A stretch of DNA of 64,000 bases from the NCBI GenBank assembly GCA_951406725.2, contig OX597830.1:43400001-43464000 (forward strand). The letters run 5' to 3'. Below, piece after piece: positions 13,604-26,008 of this stretch (its first letter is position 1; each line of letters begins with the position of its first letter). The notes beneath the pieces are model-generated. The model had not been told where the DNA came from. It saw only the letters and a list, made by a program, of their open reading frames with translations, and ran no database searches. The translations under genes were made by a program, and so were the position numbers. This DNA comes from Octopus vulgaris. Taxonomy: Eukaryota.

Positions 13604-14393
13604 CTGGATCTCTTCTTGTCGGGAGTCCCAGATGAACCTACCTCACGACAGGAGACGCAGATGCGGGCAGCAGCATCGAACTCCCTTGTTGATCAAGTGC
13701 CACGTACCAGAGGTGGATTCACATATTAGTGTAGCTCATTCAGCGGTGGTGCCCCAGCATGGCCGCTGAATGAGCTACACTAATATGTGAATCCACCTCT
13801 GGTACGTGGCACTTGATCAACAAGGGAGTTCGATGCTGCTGCCCGCATCTGCGTCTCCTGTCGTGAGGTAGGTTCATCTGGGACTCCCGACAAGAAGAGA
13901 TCCAGTTTAGTTTTAAAGAAACCCACATCCACACCATGTAAGTCTCTTAGGCATTTAGGGAGGATGTTAAAGAGCTGTGGTCCTCTGAAACCCAAGCTGT
14001 TGCAGTATCTGGTCCTGTATTTTGATGGTGATGTTGGAATCTTTGGCACCATGCAGTGGCGCCCCGTTCTGCAGTTGGGGTAACTTTGAATGCCAAAGTT
14101 TGGGACAAGACCCTCCAGGATTTTCCAGATGTATATCACCGCATATCTCTCCCGCCTCCGCTCTAGGGAGAAGAGATTTAATACTTTCAGTCTTTCCCAG
14201 TAGCTGATATTTTGCATTGAGACGATCTTCTTTGTGTAGCTTCCCTTAATTGCTTCGAGTTCTGCTGTTAGTTTTATATTGTGTGGTGACCATAGTTGGA
14301 AGCAGTAGTCCAAACGGCTGAGGACAAATGTTTTCCAGAGGACCATCAGTGTCTCCTTCTGTCTTGTTCTGAAAGTTCGGAGAATCCATCCAG

Positions 14394-14394
<1 letters not shown>
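13604..14394 (-). mobile_element. CR1/L2-group LINE ORF2 3' fragment with a fold-back inverted 3' end
   Basis: ORF 13780-14346: LWKTFVLSRLDYCFQLWSP...SYWERLKVLNLFSLERRRERYAVIYIWKIL; 143-bp perfect inverted duplication; (TA)n on both sides. Confidence 0.9.
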
Positions 14395-14432
<38 letters not shown>

Positions 14433-14465
14433 AGCTTAGAGAAACGAAACCAAACGAATCGAATC

Positions 14466-14513
<48 letters not shown>

Positions 14514-14603
14514 TTTAGCCATTCAGCAATGCTATTATTCATGCTGTGCATGTCCTTACAAGCTTAAATTATGTGTATTTGTATGGGGATGTATGTGTGT
14601 GTG

Positions 14604-14655
<52 letters not shown>

Positions 14656-14656
14656 C

Positions 14657-14717
<61 letters not shown>

Positions 14718-14770
14718 CATATATACATATATATGTATATATATACATATATATATATATATGTATATGT

Positions 14771-14840
<70 letters not shown>

Positions 14841-14936
14841 GTATATATATATATGTATATATATATACATATATATATATACATGCACAGACACACACAC
14901 ACATATATATATATATGTATATATACATGCATACAT

Positions 14937-14973
<37 letters not shown>

Positions 14974-14974
14974 C

Positions 14975-15035
<61 letters not shown>

Positions 15036-15050
15036 TGTATGTTTGTGTGT
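14395..15050. repeat. long compound (TA)n/(CA)n microsatellite region
   Basis: Direct read; source of six spurious ORFs. Confidence 0.95.
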
Positions 15051-15262
15051 ATATTTTTACATTTACGTTTGTGTCTAAGTGCACGTGTCCGTGTGTGTAA
15101 GTCATAGCGTGTGTATCCAGCTGTGCGTGTTATGAATGACATAAGTGCGAATTGTATACAGATATATGTATGTACGTTCGCATGGATGACTTTGTGACGA
15201 TTGTTAAAACACTGTTGCCTTTCATCGTTTTCATTTCAGCACTCTCTCCCTCTTCCTCTCGT

Positions 15263-15320
<58 letters not shown>

Positions 15321-15489
15321 TTTCTTTCTCTCTCTCTCTCTTTCTCTCGTTCTTTCCTTCTCTTTCTCTTTCTCTCTTGTTTAAACGCGCCAACTACTTC
15401 CGCGACGAATGTAAGACTTTTTTTTCTGTAATTAATATTCTGGAATGAAATAGAGCAAGAATTTGTTTGCGTAACACTTTTTAATCTCT

Positions 15490-15862
15490 TATCTTTTACT
15501 TATTTCAATCATCAGACTGCAGCCATACTGGAATACCTCTTTGAAGAATTCTTAGTCGAATGAATCGACTCCAGTACGTTTCTTTTAAAGCCTGGTACTT
15601 ATTTTGTCGGTCTGTTTTGCTGAAACGTTAAGCTACCGGACGTAAACCTACCAACACCGATTGTCGAGTGGTGGGGGGAGAAACAAATATTGACACAAGA
15701 ACACACACACAGACAAAGGGTTTCCTTCAGTTTCCGCCTACCAAATCCACTCACAAGGCTTTGATCAGCCGGAAGCTATAGTAGAAGACACTTGCCCAAG
15801 GTACCACACAGTGGGACTGAACCCAGGACCATGTGGTTGGGAAGAAAGCTTCTTACCACACA
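15490..15862 (-). mobile_element. SINE family B
   Basis: Same head, core and tail as 1497-1958. Confidence 0.8.
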
Positions 15863-16249
15863 GGTACTTCAGATTTTGTTGGTACTTTTTTGTTTTTTTT
15901 CTTTTCTTTTCTTTTTTTTGTTTGTATGAGAGAAAATCGAAGAAGCTGAGCTCTATACTTAACTCGAGAATCCATGTGAGCTGACGAGGACGCAATGAAT
16001 ATCATGCGGACATTAGGTGGCTGTTGAGTATTGACAAGGTCCGTGATGTTTGTTAGATTTAATTATTTAATCGAAGTACTGTAACTTATTTTTAAAATAC
16101 ATTTGAATGACTGGGATGACCAGAAATGTATTGAATGAGGCGCTAATATTTAATATAATTTCCTTACAGAAATTATCGAAGCCTTTGCTTCTTTTAGTAA
16201 TTTTCATGAAAATTTATCTTGGAGGACACTTGTCCATACAAATATATAT

Positions 16250-16317
<68 letters not shown>

Positions 16318-16659
16318 ACTGCGTAAGGCCGGAACAACGCGAGAAGATATAAAGTAAACTACAAAAATATATAAAACAAGACAAAGTTGTAGTTTTACCT
16401 TATATGTCTATATTTTGAGGCTACGAGCTCTTCTTCAGGATATTTGGAGAAACGAGCGATGGAAAAAGATCGTTGCTCAGATGACTCTGAGATAAAACTA
16501 CAACTTTTGTTTTGTTTAGGTTTGTTTTTGCAATTAATATCTTCTTGTATTGTTCCGGTCTTACATAAGAAATCTCTTTTAAATAATATCAGACAATGCT
16601 TCACCAAAACTACATATAAACAGCTATACAAGCTGGAATGGGATAGCGCAAGAACATAT

Positions 16660-17011
16660 CGTCGTCGTGGCACTCTGTCGGTTACGACGACGAGGGTTCC
16701 AGTTGATCTGATCAACGGAACAGCCTGCTCGTGAAATTAACGTGCAAGTGGCTGAGCACTCCACAGACATGTGAACCCTTAATGTAGTTCTCGGGGAGAT
16801 TAGCGTGACACAGAGTGTGACAAAGATGACCCTTTGAAATACAGGTACAACAGAAACAGGAAAAATAGTGAGAAAGTTGTGATGAAAGAGTACACCCCCT
16901 GCCGGAACCTCATGGAGCTTTAGGTGTTTTCGCTCAATAAACATTCACAATCGAAACCGCGATCCTACGACCACAAGTCCGCTGCCCTAACTACTGGGCC
17001 ATTGCGCCTCT
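16660..17011 (-). mobile_element. SINE family C
   Basis: Minus-strand head GAGGCGCAATGGCCCAGTAGTTAG; tail GGAGTGCTCAGCCACTTGCACGTTAATTTCACGAGCAGGC shared with the 24.2 and 26.1 kb copies. Confidence 0.8.
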
Positions 17012-17976
17012 ACGCAAGAACATGTAAGTAATAAACCACCGCGCAAAATTAGCTTATTTGATTAATGTAATCAGTTTGCATTTTTCTAGGGTTTTTAATG
17101 TAAAACATAGAGTGGGGGGCATTTGTAAAACGCCATTCGGTGGGAGCTGACACTGAGCTACAAATAGTCAAGAAATCTCTTTCTCTAAAACAATGGATCT
17201 CAGTTTTCTCTACTTTGTGACTCTCAGAATATCAACTAACAAAATTACTCTCGCACAATTTCATATCAATCACAAATATCTTTGTCCCTCTTTCTCTCTC
17301 TTATTTTATTACATCGCATCTCAATATCCGTTATTTGGTGTAGAGTGTTATCTTAGTTTTGTCCACCTTTTTACCCCATCCCTATGCTCATGACTGCCAG
17401 TCTCCGAAACTATTGAATCCCATCCTATCAGTTTTCTACCTATCTAATTTATCTTTCTAAATGACCTCTCTTTATCGTACTTTCTTTCCCCTTCCCGTTC
17501 ACCTCTCTCAGCACAGCTATTACTTTCTCCTTCAAGTGTGGCAGAAAGAGTGAAACCAATCAGCAGAAAAACTTAATTCATGACAGCTTTGAATATATTA
17601 AGAAGAGAAAAAAATAGAATTAAGAAATTATTTTTGGATTACACGGCCATAGAACGAAATCACAAACGGCTGCATGCGACCCTAAAGGTTCAGGTTGCCT
17701 ACACCTACTCTACTGGGCAGTTTCTGGGGCAGATCTAACGAATACATGCAACATGGGATTGTTTTGGGTTCTGGGTTCAAGTCATTCCATCAGCTAGAAG
17801 AATGCAATGGGAGGTGGGAACACTTCAGTGGATAATTCATTTGAATCTCTTCGTTAGAAGACTGTCTTCAAAGGTTCTCAAGCGACCCTTTAAGGTTACA
17901 TTTACCAAGCACTGATACCACAACGGTCACCATCACAGCCACAACGACACAAATTTCTCAATCTTCCTCACCACAA

Positions 17977-18205
17977 CCTATTTCTTTACTACCCACAAGG
18001 GGCTAAACACAGAGAGGACAAACAAGGACAGACAAACGGATTAAGTCGATTATATCGACCCCAGTGCGTAACTGGTACTTATTTAATCGACCCCGAAAGG
18101 ATGAAAGGCAAAGTCGACCTCGGCGGAATTTGAACTCAGAACGTAGCGACAGATGAAATACCACTAAGCATTTCGCCCGGCATGCTAACGATTCTGCCAG
18201 CTCGG
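17977..18205 (-). mobile_element. SINE family A
   Basis: Family A consensus on the minus strand. Confidence 0.85.
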
Positions 18206-18609
18206 TGCCTTCCTCACCACAACCGTTCACACTACTGCCATCGCCGCCAGCAATTTCGGGGAAGAGGCTAAGCCGATTACGTTGGCCCCAGTGTTCAGCC
18301 AGTACTTATTCTATCGACCCTGAAAGGATGAAAAGCAAAGTCGTCATTAGCGGAAGTTGAATGTAAAAACGGACGAAATGCCCATTATTTACATTATTTA
18401 CATTATTTACATTCGACAGATATTTGTCCTCATCTTGTAAATGTAAATGTAAGTAATGTACATAATTCCTCATCTCTTAAATGTAGAACTGGACGAAATG
18501 CCGTTAAGCATTTTGTCCGGTGCACTAAAGATTCTGTCAGCTCACCGCCTTTTTATCACTACTAATATTGTGAATATATTGCAGTATATACTATCTGATG
18601 CATGTGTTA

Positions 18610-18800
18610 CAGAGCGACGAAACCGTTCTGCACGCCCTCGTCGAGTGCCCGAGCTTCGCTGACCTGCGGGTTCATGTCGAACACCTGTTGTCACGTGTAG
18701 GACGGATCCGGCTATCAGCTGAATCCATACTGACTCCATACTGGCTTCCTTTAACCGGGAGGGGTAGGCAATTTTCATTTATCTGGTGACTGTGTATGGT
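18610..18800 (+). mobile_element. Tx1/L1-clade LINE C-terminal fragment
   Basis: SDETVLHALVECP zinc-knuckle motif; homologous to 28047-28256. Confidence 0.7.
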
Positions 18801-18971
18801 GAACTCATTATTATTATTATCATTATCATTATTATTATTATTATTGAGAGAGCAGTTCATGCCATCAAAGTGACACTGGGTGAAGCCCAATATACCCATC
18901 ATGACTACCGTCTGATAAAGGTACACCAGGCACATGCATATTATTATCATTATTTTCTTCATTATTATTAC

Positions 18972-19017
<46 letters not shown>

Positions 19018-19080
19018 GAGCAGAATATGCACAGACTTCTAACGCTGAAGCCATGAGAGCCACTGCCTGGTACTGCACAG

Positions 19081-19154
<74 letters not shown>

Positions 19155-19165
19155 TATTATTGTTG

Positions 19166-19251
<86 letters not shown>

Positions 19252-19413
19252 GCACAGCTTCTAACGCTGGATATGTACTGATGTCAGCTGTTCACTACCA
19301 GTGAACTAAAGTAACACCTCTTATTTTTCGAGCACCTTCCGAAGTATTCGAGCGGTTCCAAGCAGTGCTGTTTTCTGCAAGTGCTCCACCTTTATTGCAG
19401 CCCCTATTTGTTC
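19252..19413 (-). mobile_element. R4/Dong-like (RLE) non-LTR retrotransposon 3' end within (TAA)n
   Basis: Minus-strand translation EQIGAAIKVEHLQKTALLGTARILRKVLEK* (19413-19321), then a short 3'UTR; flanked by (TTA)n. Confidence 0.75.
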
Positions 19414-19424
19414 CTATTATTATT

Positions 19425-19502
<78 letters not shown>

Positions 19503-19819
19503 GCGTGAGAGAGCAGCGCATGCCATCAAAGTGACACTGGAGTAAAATATACGAAGCCCAATATACCCATCATGACTACCCATCTGATTAGGGTAAACCA
19601 GGCACATGCATCACAACCATATGTTCGTGACACGATGATCTCATATCAAGATAAATAGCGCATGGCCTTGCAGGTGGGATCCAGTTAGAATTTTCTTCGT
19701 GTCAAATAGCCCATCCAGAGTTGTTTAAGGATATTAAACGAAATGCCCATGTTTCCAGAGGTAAATTATTCAAACCCCCAAAGAATTCCTCTCAACACAT
19801 GGCTATGATACTCCCCCAC

Positions 19820-19884
<65 letters not shown>

Positions 19885-19904
19885 GTTATTATTATTAATT
19901 ATTA

Positions 19905-20214
19905 AACTCCTCTTCTTTTTCGTTTTCTTTTTCTCCTCCTCTCTTTTCTTCTTCTCCTCCTCCTTCTCTTCCTTCTTTCTTCTTCTTTTCGTACCCCTCC
20001 CCTCCTCTTCCTCTTCTTTTTCTTCTCCTCCTCCTTCTTCTCTTCCTTCTTCTTCTCCTCCTTCTTCTTCTCCTCCTTCTCCTCCTCCTCCTCCTCCTCC
20101 TCCTTCTCCTCCTCCTCCTCCTCCTCCTTCTTCTTCTTCTTCTTCTTCTTCTTCTTCTTCTTCTTCTTCTTCTTCTTCTTCTTCTTCTTCCTCTTCCTCT
20201 TCTTCTTCCTCTTC
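19905..20214. repeat. (CCT)n/(TCT)n pyrimidine tract
   Basis: Direct read. Confidence 0.95.
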
Positions 20215-20757
20215 AGAACATACGTACCAAATGATAACAGAAATTCCTTTTATGACAGTCGATTCCATTCAGTCTGTTCTTTTTCTCTGGTCGAAATAAA
20301 CCATTCGTAATAACTGCTTCTAATTCCCGAGGGTCATAAAACAACTGCAACATTTTGTTCCACTAAGCAGTGTGGAAAGTTGTACTTTTAGAGAAAGGTT
20401 ACTGGTTGAACGAAACGAAACAACAAAACCAATAAATCAAAAACAAGTGTTGCAAAACAAAAAGGATTTTTTATTTTCATCTTTTTTGTTCTTGTCTATA
20501 TTGAGAGATAACAGTCTTTGGAGAAGAAAAATAACCACAACTGACCCTGTTCTTCTTTTCTTTTTCTTTTTTTTTTTCTCCTTGTTGTCTTGTGATCCCA
20601 CTTCGGTTTCTCATTATAGAAAAGGATTGATATGTTCAGAGGTTGTTTCTAGAAAAAAGTTCTACAAATCGACATACCGAACCATTATTGGTGTTTCTAT
20701 TTTAAAAAGAACTCCCAAGTCTTGTAAATAAATCTTCCCATCCATATACGAATAGAA

Positions 20758-21035
20758 ACAGAAGGACGACGACGACGACGAGGAGGAGAAGGAGGAGGAA
20801 GAAGGAGGGAAGGAGGAGGAGGAGGAGGAGAAGAAGAAGAAGAAGAAGAAGAAGAAGAAGAAGAAGAGGAGGAGGAGGAGGAGGAGGAGGAGGAGGAGGA
20901 GGAGGAAGAAGAAGAAGAAGAAGAAGAAGAAGAAGAAGAAGAAGAAGAAGAAGAAGAAGAAGAAGAGGAGGAGGAGCGGAGGAAAGGACGGAAGGAAAGA
21001 AGGAAGAAAAAAGTAAGAACGAAAGAAAGAAAGAA
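20758..21035. repeat. (GGA)n/(AGA)n purine tract
   Basis: Direct read. Confidence 0.95.
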
Positions 21036-21282
21036 AATTTGGGTGGGTAAAAAAGCGTGTCTGTAAAGATCATGAATAAAATTGAGTGTGCTGCTTATCG
21101 TTCTAGAATCATGCAGCATTTACTTCGATTCCTCTGCCAAGTTTTGGTATTGCTATGTCAAATTTACATTTAGCCCATTCCTGAATCGATCGAATAAAGG
21201 ACGAGAAACAGAACAGAGGAAACTTCGATCGACTGCACTCGATCTCGTATGAAATAGGTTTTGCAAAAATATTAAAGTACGC

Positions 21283-21408
21283 CCGAGGTTGACTTCGCCT
21301 TTCATCCTTTCGGGGTCGATAAATTAAGTACTAGTTGCCTACTGGAGTCGATCTAATCGACTGGCCTCCTCCCAAAAGATTTCGGGCCTTGTACTTAGAG
21401 TAGAAAAG
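21283..21408 (+). mobile_element. 5'-truncated SINE family A with TSD
   Basis: AATATTAAAGTACGC duplicated on both sides. Confidence 0.8.
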
Positions 21409-21524
21409 AATATTAAAGTACGCACGTCCTACACACACACATACGCGCGCGCGCACACGCACACACACACACACACACACACAGAGGCACACACACACAC
21501 ACAGAGGCACACACACACACAGAG

Positions 21525-21576
<52 letters not shown>

Positions 21577-21594
21577 GCGCGCGCAACCCCGACA

Positions 21595-21880
21595 CATAGG
21601 ATACACAAGCACAAGACCATCCTGCCTGACAAAGCTGCGCCAACAGAGGTGTGCAAACCTTCTACAAACCGAAAAGAACTACAGGGGAAGAAAGACAACG
21701 CGAACTACACAACTTCAGAGTCAAATCTTTGCCTTCAGTCCCAACAGATTTCCAATGCCCAACCTGCAACAGAGTCTTCCAGACATGCATCGGACTGATC
21801 AGCCACATCTGGACACACCGTACCTCGTTTCCTTCTCCCTTGTGATCTCCTTGGTCATCGTCGACAACGACGTACGAACT
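21595..21880 (+). mobile_element. RTE-clade LINE 3' end
   Basis: FQCPTCNRVFQTCIGLISHIWTH, the C2H2-type motif that ends many RTE ORFs. Confidence 0.7.
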
Positions 21881-22105
21881 AATAAATATCATAGCATGAT
21901 ACTGTGTGGACTGAGATACCCGTTGATAAGACGCTGATATTAAATAAAGGGTTAAATACTTATAATAGTCAAATTAGTCACTCCACTTCTCTGGAGTTGA
22001 GTCGATTTGTTGCGGATGTAAAAAACAGGTTGGCAAGCTTGCTTCTCTGAGGTTTGGTCAAGTGATGTTGATACCAAACCCAATTGGGTTCGAAAATTAT
22101 ATATG

Positions 22106-22194
<89 letters not shown>

Positions 22195-22204
22195 CACTTG
22201 CCCA

Positions 22205-22354
22205 AAACAGCACCTCGGAGGAATCGACGTAAGCTTAAATAATAAACTGCAATAGGTAAATCGCAATAGGTGAACTGCAATAGGTGAATCGCAATAGGTG
22301 AACCGCGATAGGTGAACCGCGATAGATGAACCGCGATATGGTGAGGGATTACTG
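22205..22354 (+). mobile_element. partial pogo/Tigger-like MITE with 14-bp tandem expansion
   Basis: Matches the right half of 42957-43152; unit AACCGCGATAGGTG repeated about 6 times; ends GGGATTACTG|TA. Confidence 0.7.
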
Positions 22355-22636
22355 TAATTCTTTGATGGGATAAAGGATCTCGAGGCGCATAATGTTGACT
22401 TGGATTGTTTCTGTCCTAAAGAGCTATTCACCCCAATATTTACATGCTGGTATTTATAGCAATGCTTCTCAGCCGGGGTCCACATAACAGTTAGGGTTCT
22501 CCATAAGATTTCCTTGTCAAAATTTATCTGTAAAAAATCGCTTATACTTCTACAATGCACAATATATTTCACTAATTTTTTTTTACACAATTCCTAATAT
22601 TTAATTATTTAAAAGCATAGGGATTTTTTAGACAAT

Positions 22637-23058
22637 TTATTTCTTTATTGCCAACGGGGGGGGGTCTAAACACAGAGGGGACAAACAGGGACAGACAAAG
22701 GGTTTATGTCGATTACATCGACCCCAGTGCGTAACTGGTACTTATTTAATCGACCCCGAAAGGATGAAAGGCAAAGTCGACCTCGGCGGAATTTGAACTC
22801 AGAACGTAGCGGCAGACGAAATACCTATTTCTTTACTACCCACAAGGGGCTAAACACAGAGAGGACAAACAAGGACAGACAAACGGATTAAGTCGATTAC
22901 ATCGACCCCAGTGCATAACTGGTACTTAATTTATCGACCCCGAAAGGATGAAAGGCAAAGTCGACCTCGGTGGAATTTGAATTCAGAACGTAACGGCAGA
23001 CGAAATACCGCTAAGCATTTCGCCCGGCGTGCTAACGTTTCTACCAGCACGCTGCCCT
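22637..23058 (-). mobile_element. SINE family A dimer
   Basis: Two cores joined at the recurrent GAAATACCTATTTCTTTACTACCCAC junction. Confidence 0.85.
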
Positions 23059-23339
23059 GACTTTTTTAGAATATTGAAAAGCTATGGGGGTCCACCTGAG
23101 TAAAATACGACCCAAAGAGATCCATAGGCGAAAAAATGATCGGGTTCCACTGATTATGTACTTCGAAACCCTTTGTTCTAAAAAGGTATATTTATTTATT
23201 CAATTCATTCGAGGCACCCTATTTTAGCAAGATCCAAGTCAGCTTTTTAGTGATATCGATTATAAAATATTGTCCAGGCATTACTATTAGACAAGCCTTT
23301 CTGATGGTTGTTTTAGATCATGACCTTTAAGCCAAGTAT

Positions 23340-23577
23340 TGAAAAGACCCATCAAACCAAGTGATATCGCAGCCGTGGCAGATACTGGTGTCACGCAAAT
23401 GGCACCAGTCTCGGTGGTACGTAAAAGCACCCATTACACTCCCAGGGTGGTTGGCGTTAGGAAGGGCATCTAGCCGTAGAAACCATGCCAAATCAGACTG
23501 GAGTCTGATGAAGCTTTCCAGCGTGCCAGCCCTGATCAAACCGTCCAACCTATGCCAGCATGGACAACGGATGCTAA

Positions 23578-23629
<52 letters not shown>

Positions 23630-23652
23630 CGACGACGACGACGATGATGACG
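23340..23652 (+). mobile_element. RTE-type 3'UTR fragment with (GAT)n tail
   Basis: GGTTGGCGTTAGGAAGGGCATC...AACCGTCCAACCTATGCCAGCATGG..(GAT)n; the same tail is attached to RTE coding sequence at 60092-60685; more copies near 48906, 49340, 52920, 54290 and 63710. Confidence 0.75.
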
Positions 23653-23849
23653 GTTATATTTAACATGTTTGTGTACAGTCGAATGTGAAATGACCTTGGC
23701 TGCGAAAACTGCGTCGGAAGAGAAATTCTCCTTAGAAACAAATGTGCGTGACAACATGCCAAGATGAGATATGAATGACATCATCGGGTTGTAGCACACG
23801 TCATTCCGTGTTTTGGGCTTTCACCAGAAGCAGATACTAAATTCGTCGA

Positions 23850-24072
23850 CCTGGCAGAAACGTTAGCAGGCCGGGCGAAATGCGTAGCCGTATTTCGTCT
23901 GCCGTTCCGTTCTGAGTTCAAATTCCGCCGAGGTCGACTTCACCTTTCATCCTTTCGGGGTCGATAAATTAAGTACCAGTTACACACAGGGGTTGCTGTA
24001 ATCGACTTAATCCGTTTGTCTGTCCTTGTTTGTCCTCTCTGTGTTTAGCCCCTTGTGGGTAGTAAAGAAATC
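23850..24072 (+). mobile_element. SINE family A
   Basis: Family A consensus. Confidence 0.85.
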
Positions 24073-24175
24073 CGTCGACTTTCATGCAATATACATTGTC
24101 CATAAAAAGACTCTCTTCTCCGAGAAAGATTCTGTAACGAAGGTCTTTTCACATCCGAGTATATACGAACCGTGA

Positions 24176-24495
24176 AAGCGCGTGGCTTAGTGGTTAGAGT
24201 GTTCGGCTCACGATCGTTAAGTCATGAGTTCGATACCCGGCCTCCGTTTTGTCCTTGACCAAGATACTTTATTTCACGTTGCCCCAGTTCAATCAGTTGG
24301 CAAAAATGAGTAGTACGAGTAATTCAAAGGGACCAGCCTTGTCACATTCTGTGTCACACTAAATTACCTTCAGAACTACGTTAACTGTCCGCGTATCTGT
24401 GGAGTACTTAGCCACTTGTACGTTAAGTTCACGAGCAGGCTGTTCTGTTGCTCAAATCAACAGGAGTACTCTTCGTCGTAACCGACGGAGAGCCT
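24176..24495 (+). mobile_element. SINE family C
   Basis: A-box TGGCTTAGTGG, B-box GTTCGATAC, core GTCCTTGACCAAGATACTTT. Confidence 0.85.
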
Positions 24496-24749
24496 GTTTT
24501 GTTTTGTACACTGTACACGAACTGTACACAACTTTATTTATTTATGTATTTATTCATTTTATTTTATTTCTAGTTAGTTTTTTTTTTATGTTCCTTGCAT
24601 TAAGCATGTTAACAATAACACTCAACATGTTAAAACTTAGTAATTAAGAAACTCGCTTTGCAACTATATGCTATCGGGTTCAATACCATTGCACCGCACC
24701 TTGATCAAGTGACTTCCGCTAAAGCCCTTGCCCGACCTCTACCTTGTGA

Positions 24750-24916
24750 CACTAGCGTAGCTAGGTGGGTGGCGGTAGGAGCGGTCCGCCCCGGGCGGCA
24801 CTTTTAAAGGGGCACCACTTCTGGGTCTGCTGTAGGTAATATGTATTTTTCATGGGGTCTGGGAGCGGCAAATGGAATGGCAGCCCCGGGCGGCACACAC
24901 TCTAGCTACAGTAGTG
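24750..24916. mobile_element. hAT-type MITE nested in a SINE B
   Basis: 8-bp TSD CCTTGTGA (24742-24749, 24917-24924); TIRs CACTAGCGTAGCTAG / CTAGCTACAGTAGTG. Confidence 0.85.
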
Positions 24917-25304
24917 CCTTGTGAATGAGTATTGTAGACGGAAATTGTGTGGAAGCCCGTCGTATATGTATATATGTATGTGTGTGTGTGTGAGTGTGTG
25001 TGTGCGCACGCGCGTCTTTGTACCTGCCCCACCCACACCCACACCGTTTGACAACCGGTACTCGCTTGTTTACGTACCCACTACTTAGCGGTTCAGCAAA
25101 AGAACATAAGTTGCTGACATAAAAAAATAAGTCCTTTGGGGGTGGGGGGCGATCTGTTTGACTGAAAAAAAAACACCCTTCAAAGTGGTGCTCCAGCGTG
25201 GCCGCAGTCCAATTACTGAAACAAGAAAAAGATAAGATATAAAAGATAATAGCTGTAATCGAAAAGAATAGATTCCGGATTTGCTAAGAAAAAGAAGGAA
25301 TGTC

Positions 25305-26008
25305 AAAGTTCATGCCTTAAAATATCATGTGAATCTTCAAACCCCAAGTTTTTCCACTCCAAGACTCTAGAAAAAAAAAACCCATCCTAGGTTTACTTTT
25401 CATGTAACCCTCAAAAAATCCTCCTCCATCGGTCGTGGTTTTGATCATATATCTGCAGCTGTACCTTGCGGTATTTACCCCTGTACCTCGCTGTATATAC
25501 TCATGTACCTTGCTGTATTTACTCCTGTACCTTGTATTTACTCCGGTACCTCGATGTATATACTCATGTACCTTGCTGTATTTACTCCTGTACCTTGTAT
25601 TTACTCTGGTACCTCGCTGTATATACTCCTGTACCTTACTGTATTTACTCTTGTACTTCGCTTTATATACTCCTGTACCTTATTGTATTTACTCCTGTAA
25701 CTTGTAAATACAATAAGGTACAGGAGTATATAAAGCGAAGTACAGGAGTAAATACAGTAAGGTACAGGAGTATATACAGCGAGGTACCAGAGTAAATACA
25801 AGGTACAGGAGTAAATACAGCAAGGTACATGAGTATATACATCGAGGTACAGGGGTAAATACAGCAAGGTACAGCTCACGACCGATGGGGGGAGGATTTT
25901 TTGAGGGTTACATGAAAAGTAAACCTAGGACGGGTTTTTTTTCTAGAGTCTTGGAGTGGAAAAACTTGGGGTTTGAAGATTCACATAGTATTTTAAGGCA
26001 TGAACTTT
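25305..26008. repeat. ~700-bp near-palindrome containing an ~18-21-bp minisatellite
   Basis: AAAGTTCATGCCTTAAAATA...CCATCGGTCGTG is inverted at 25870-26008; the TGTACCTTGCTGTATTTACTCC array switches strand at ~25700. Confidence 0.9.

Noticed and set aside
13780-14346. 188-aa ORF as a host gene
   Set aside because: It is the C-terminal part of a LINE ORF2, with a second decayed copy at 11640-12320
14546-15142. Long ORFs rich in YI/HT/VC (also at 1677, 6276, 7906, 27291, 50126 and elsewhere)
   Set aside because: Translations of (TA)n/(CA)n microsatellites; open in several frames with no coding complexity
19721-21119. Poly-L/S/P/E/G ORFs of 120-190 aa
   Set aside because: Trinucleotide microsatellite artefacts
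24176-24250. tRNA-like sequences with A and B boxes (also at 5130, 26094, 40895)
   Set aside because: No complete cloverleaf or acceptor stem; they continue into shared SINE bodies
25450-25870. CRISPR-like regular repeats (also 30945-31105 and 48705-48905)
   Set aside because: Contiguous tandem units without unique spacers, no cas genes, eukaryotic context
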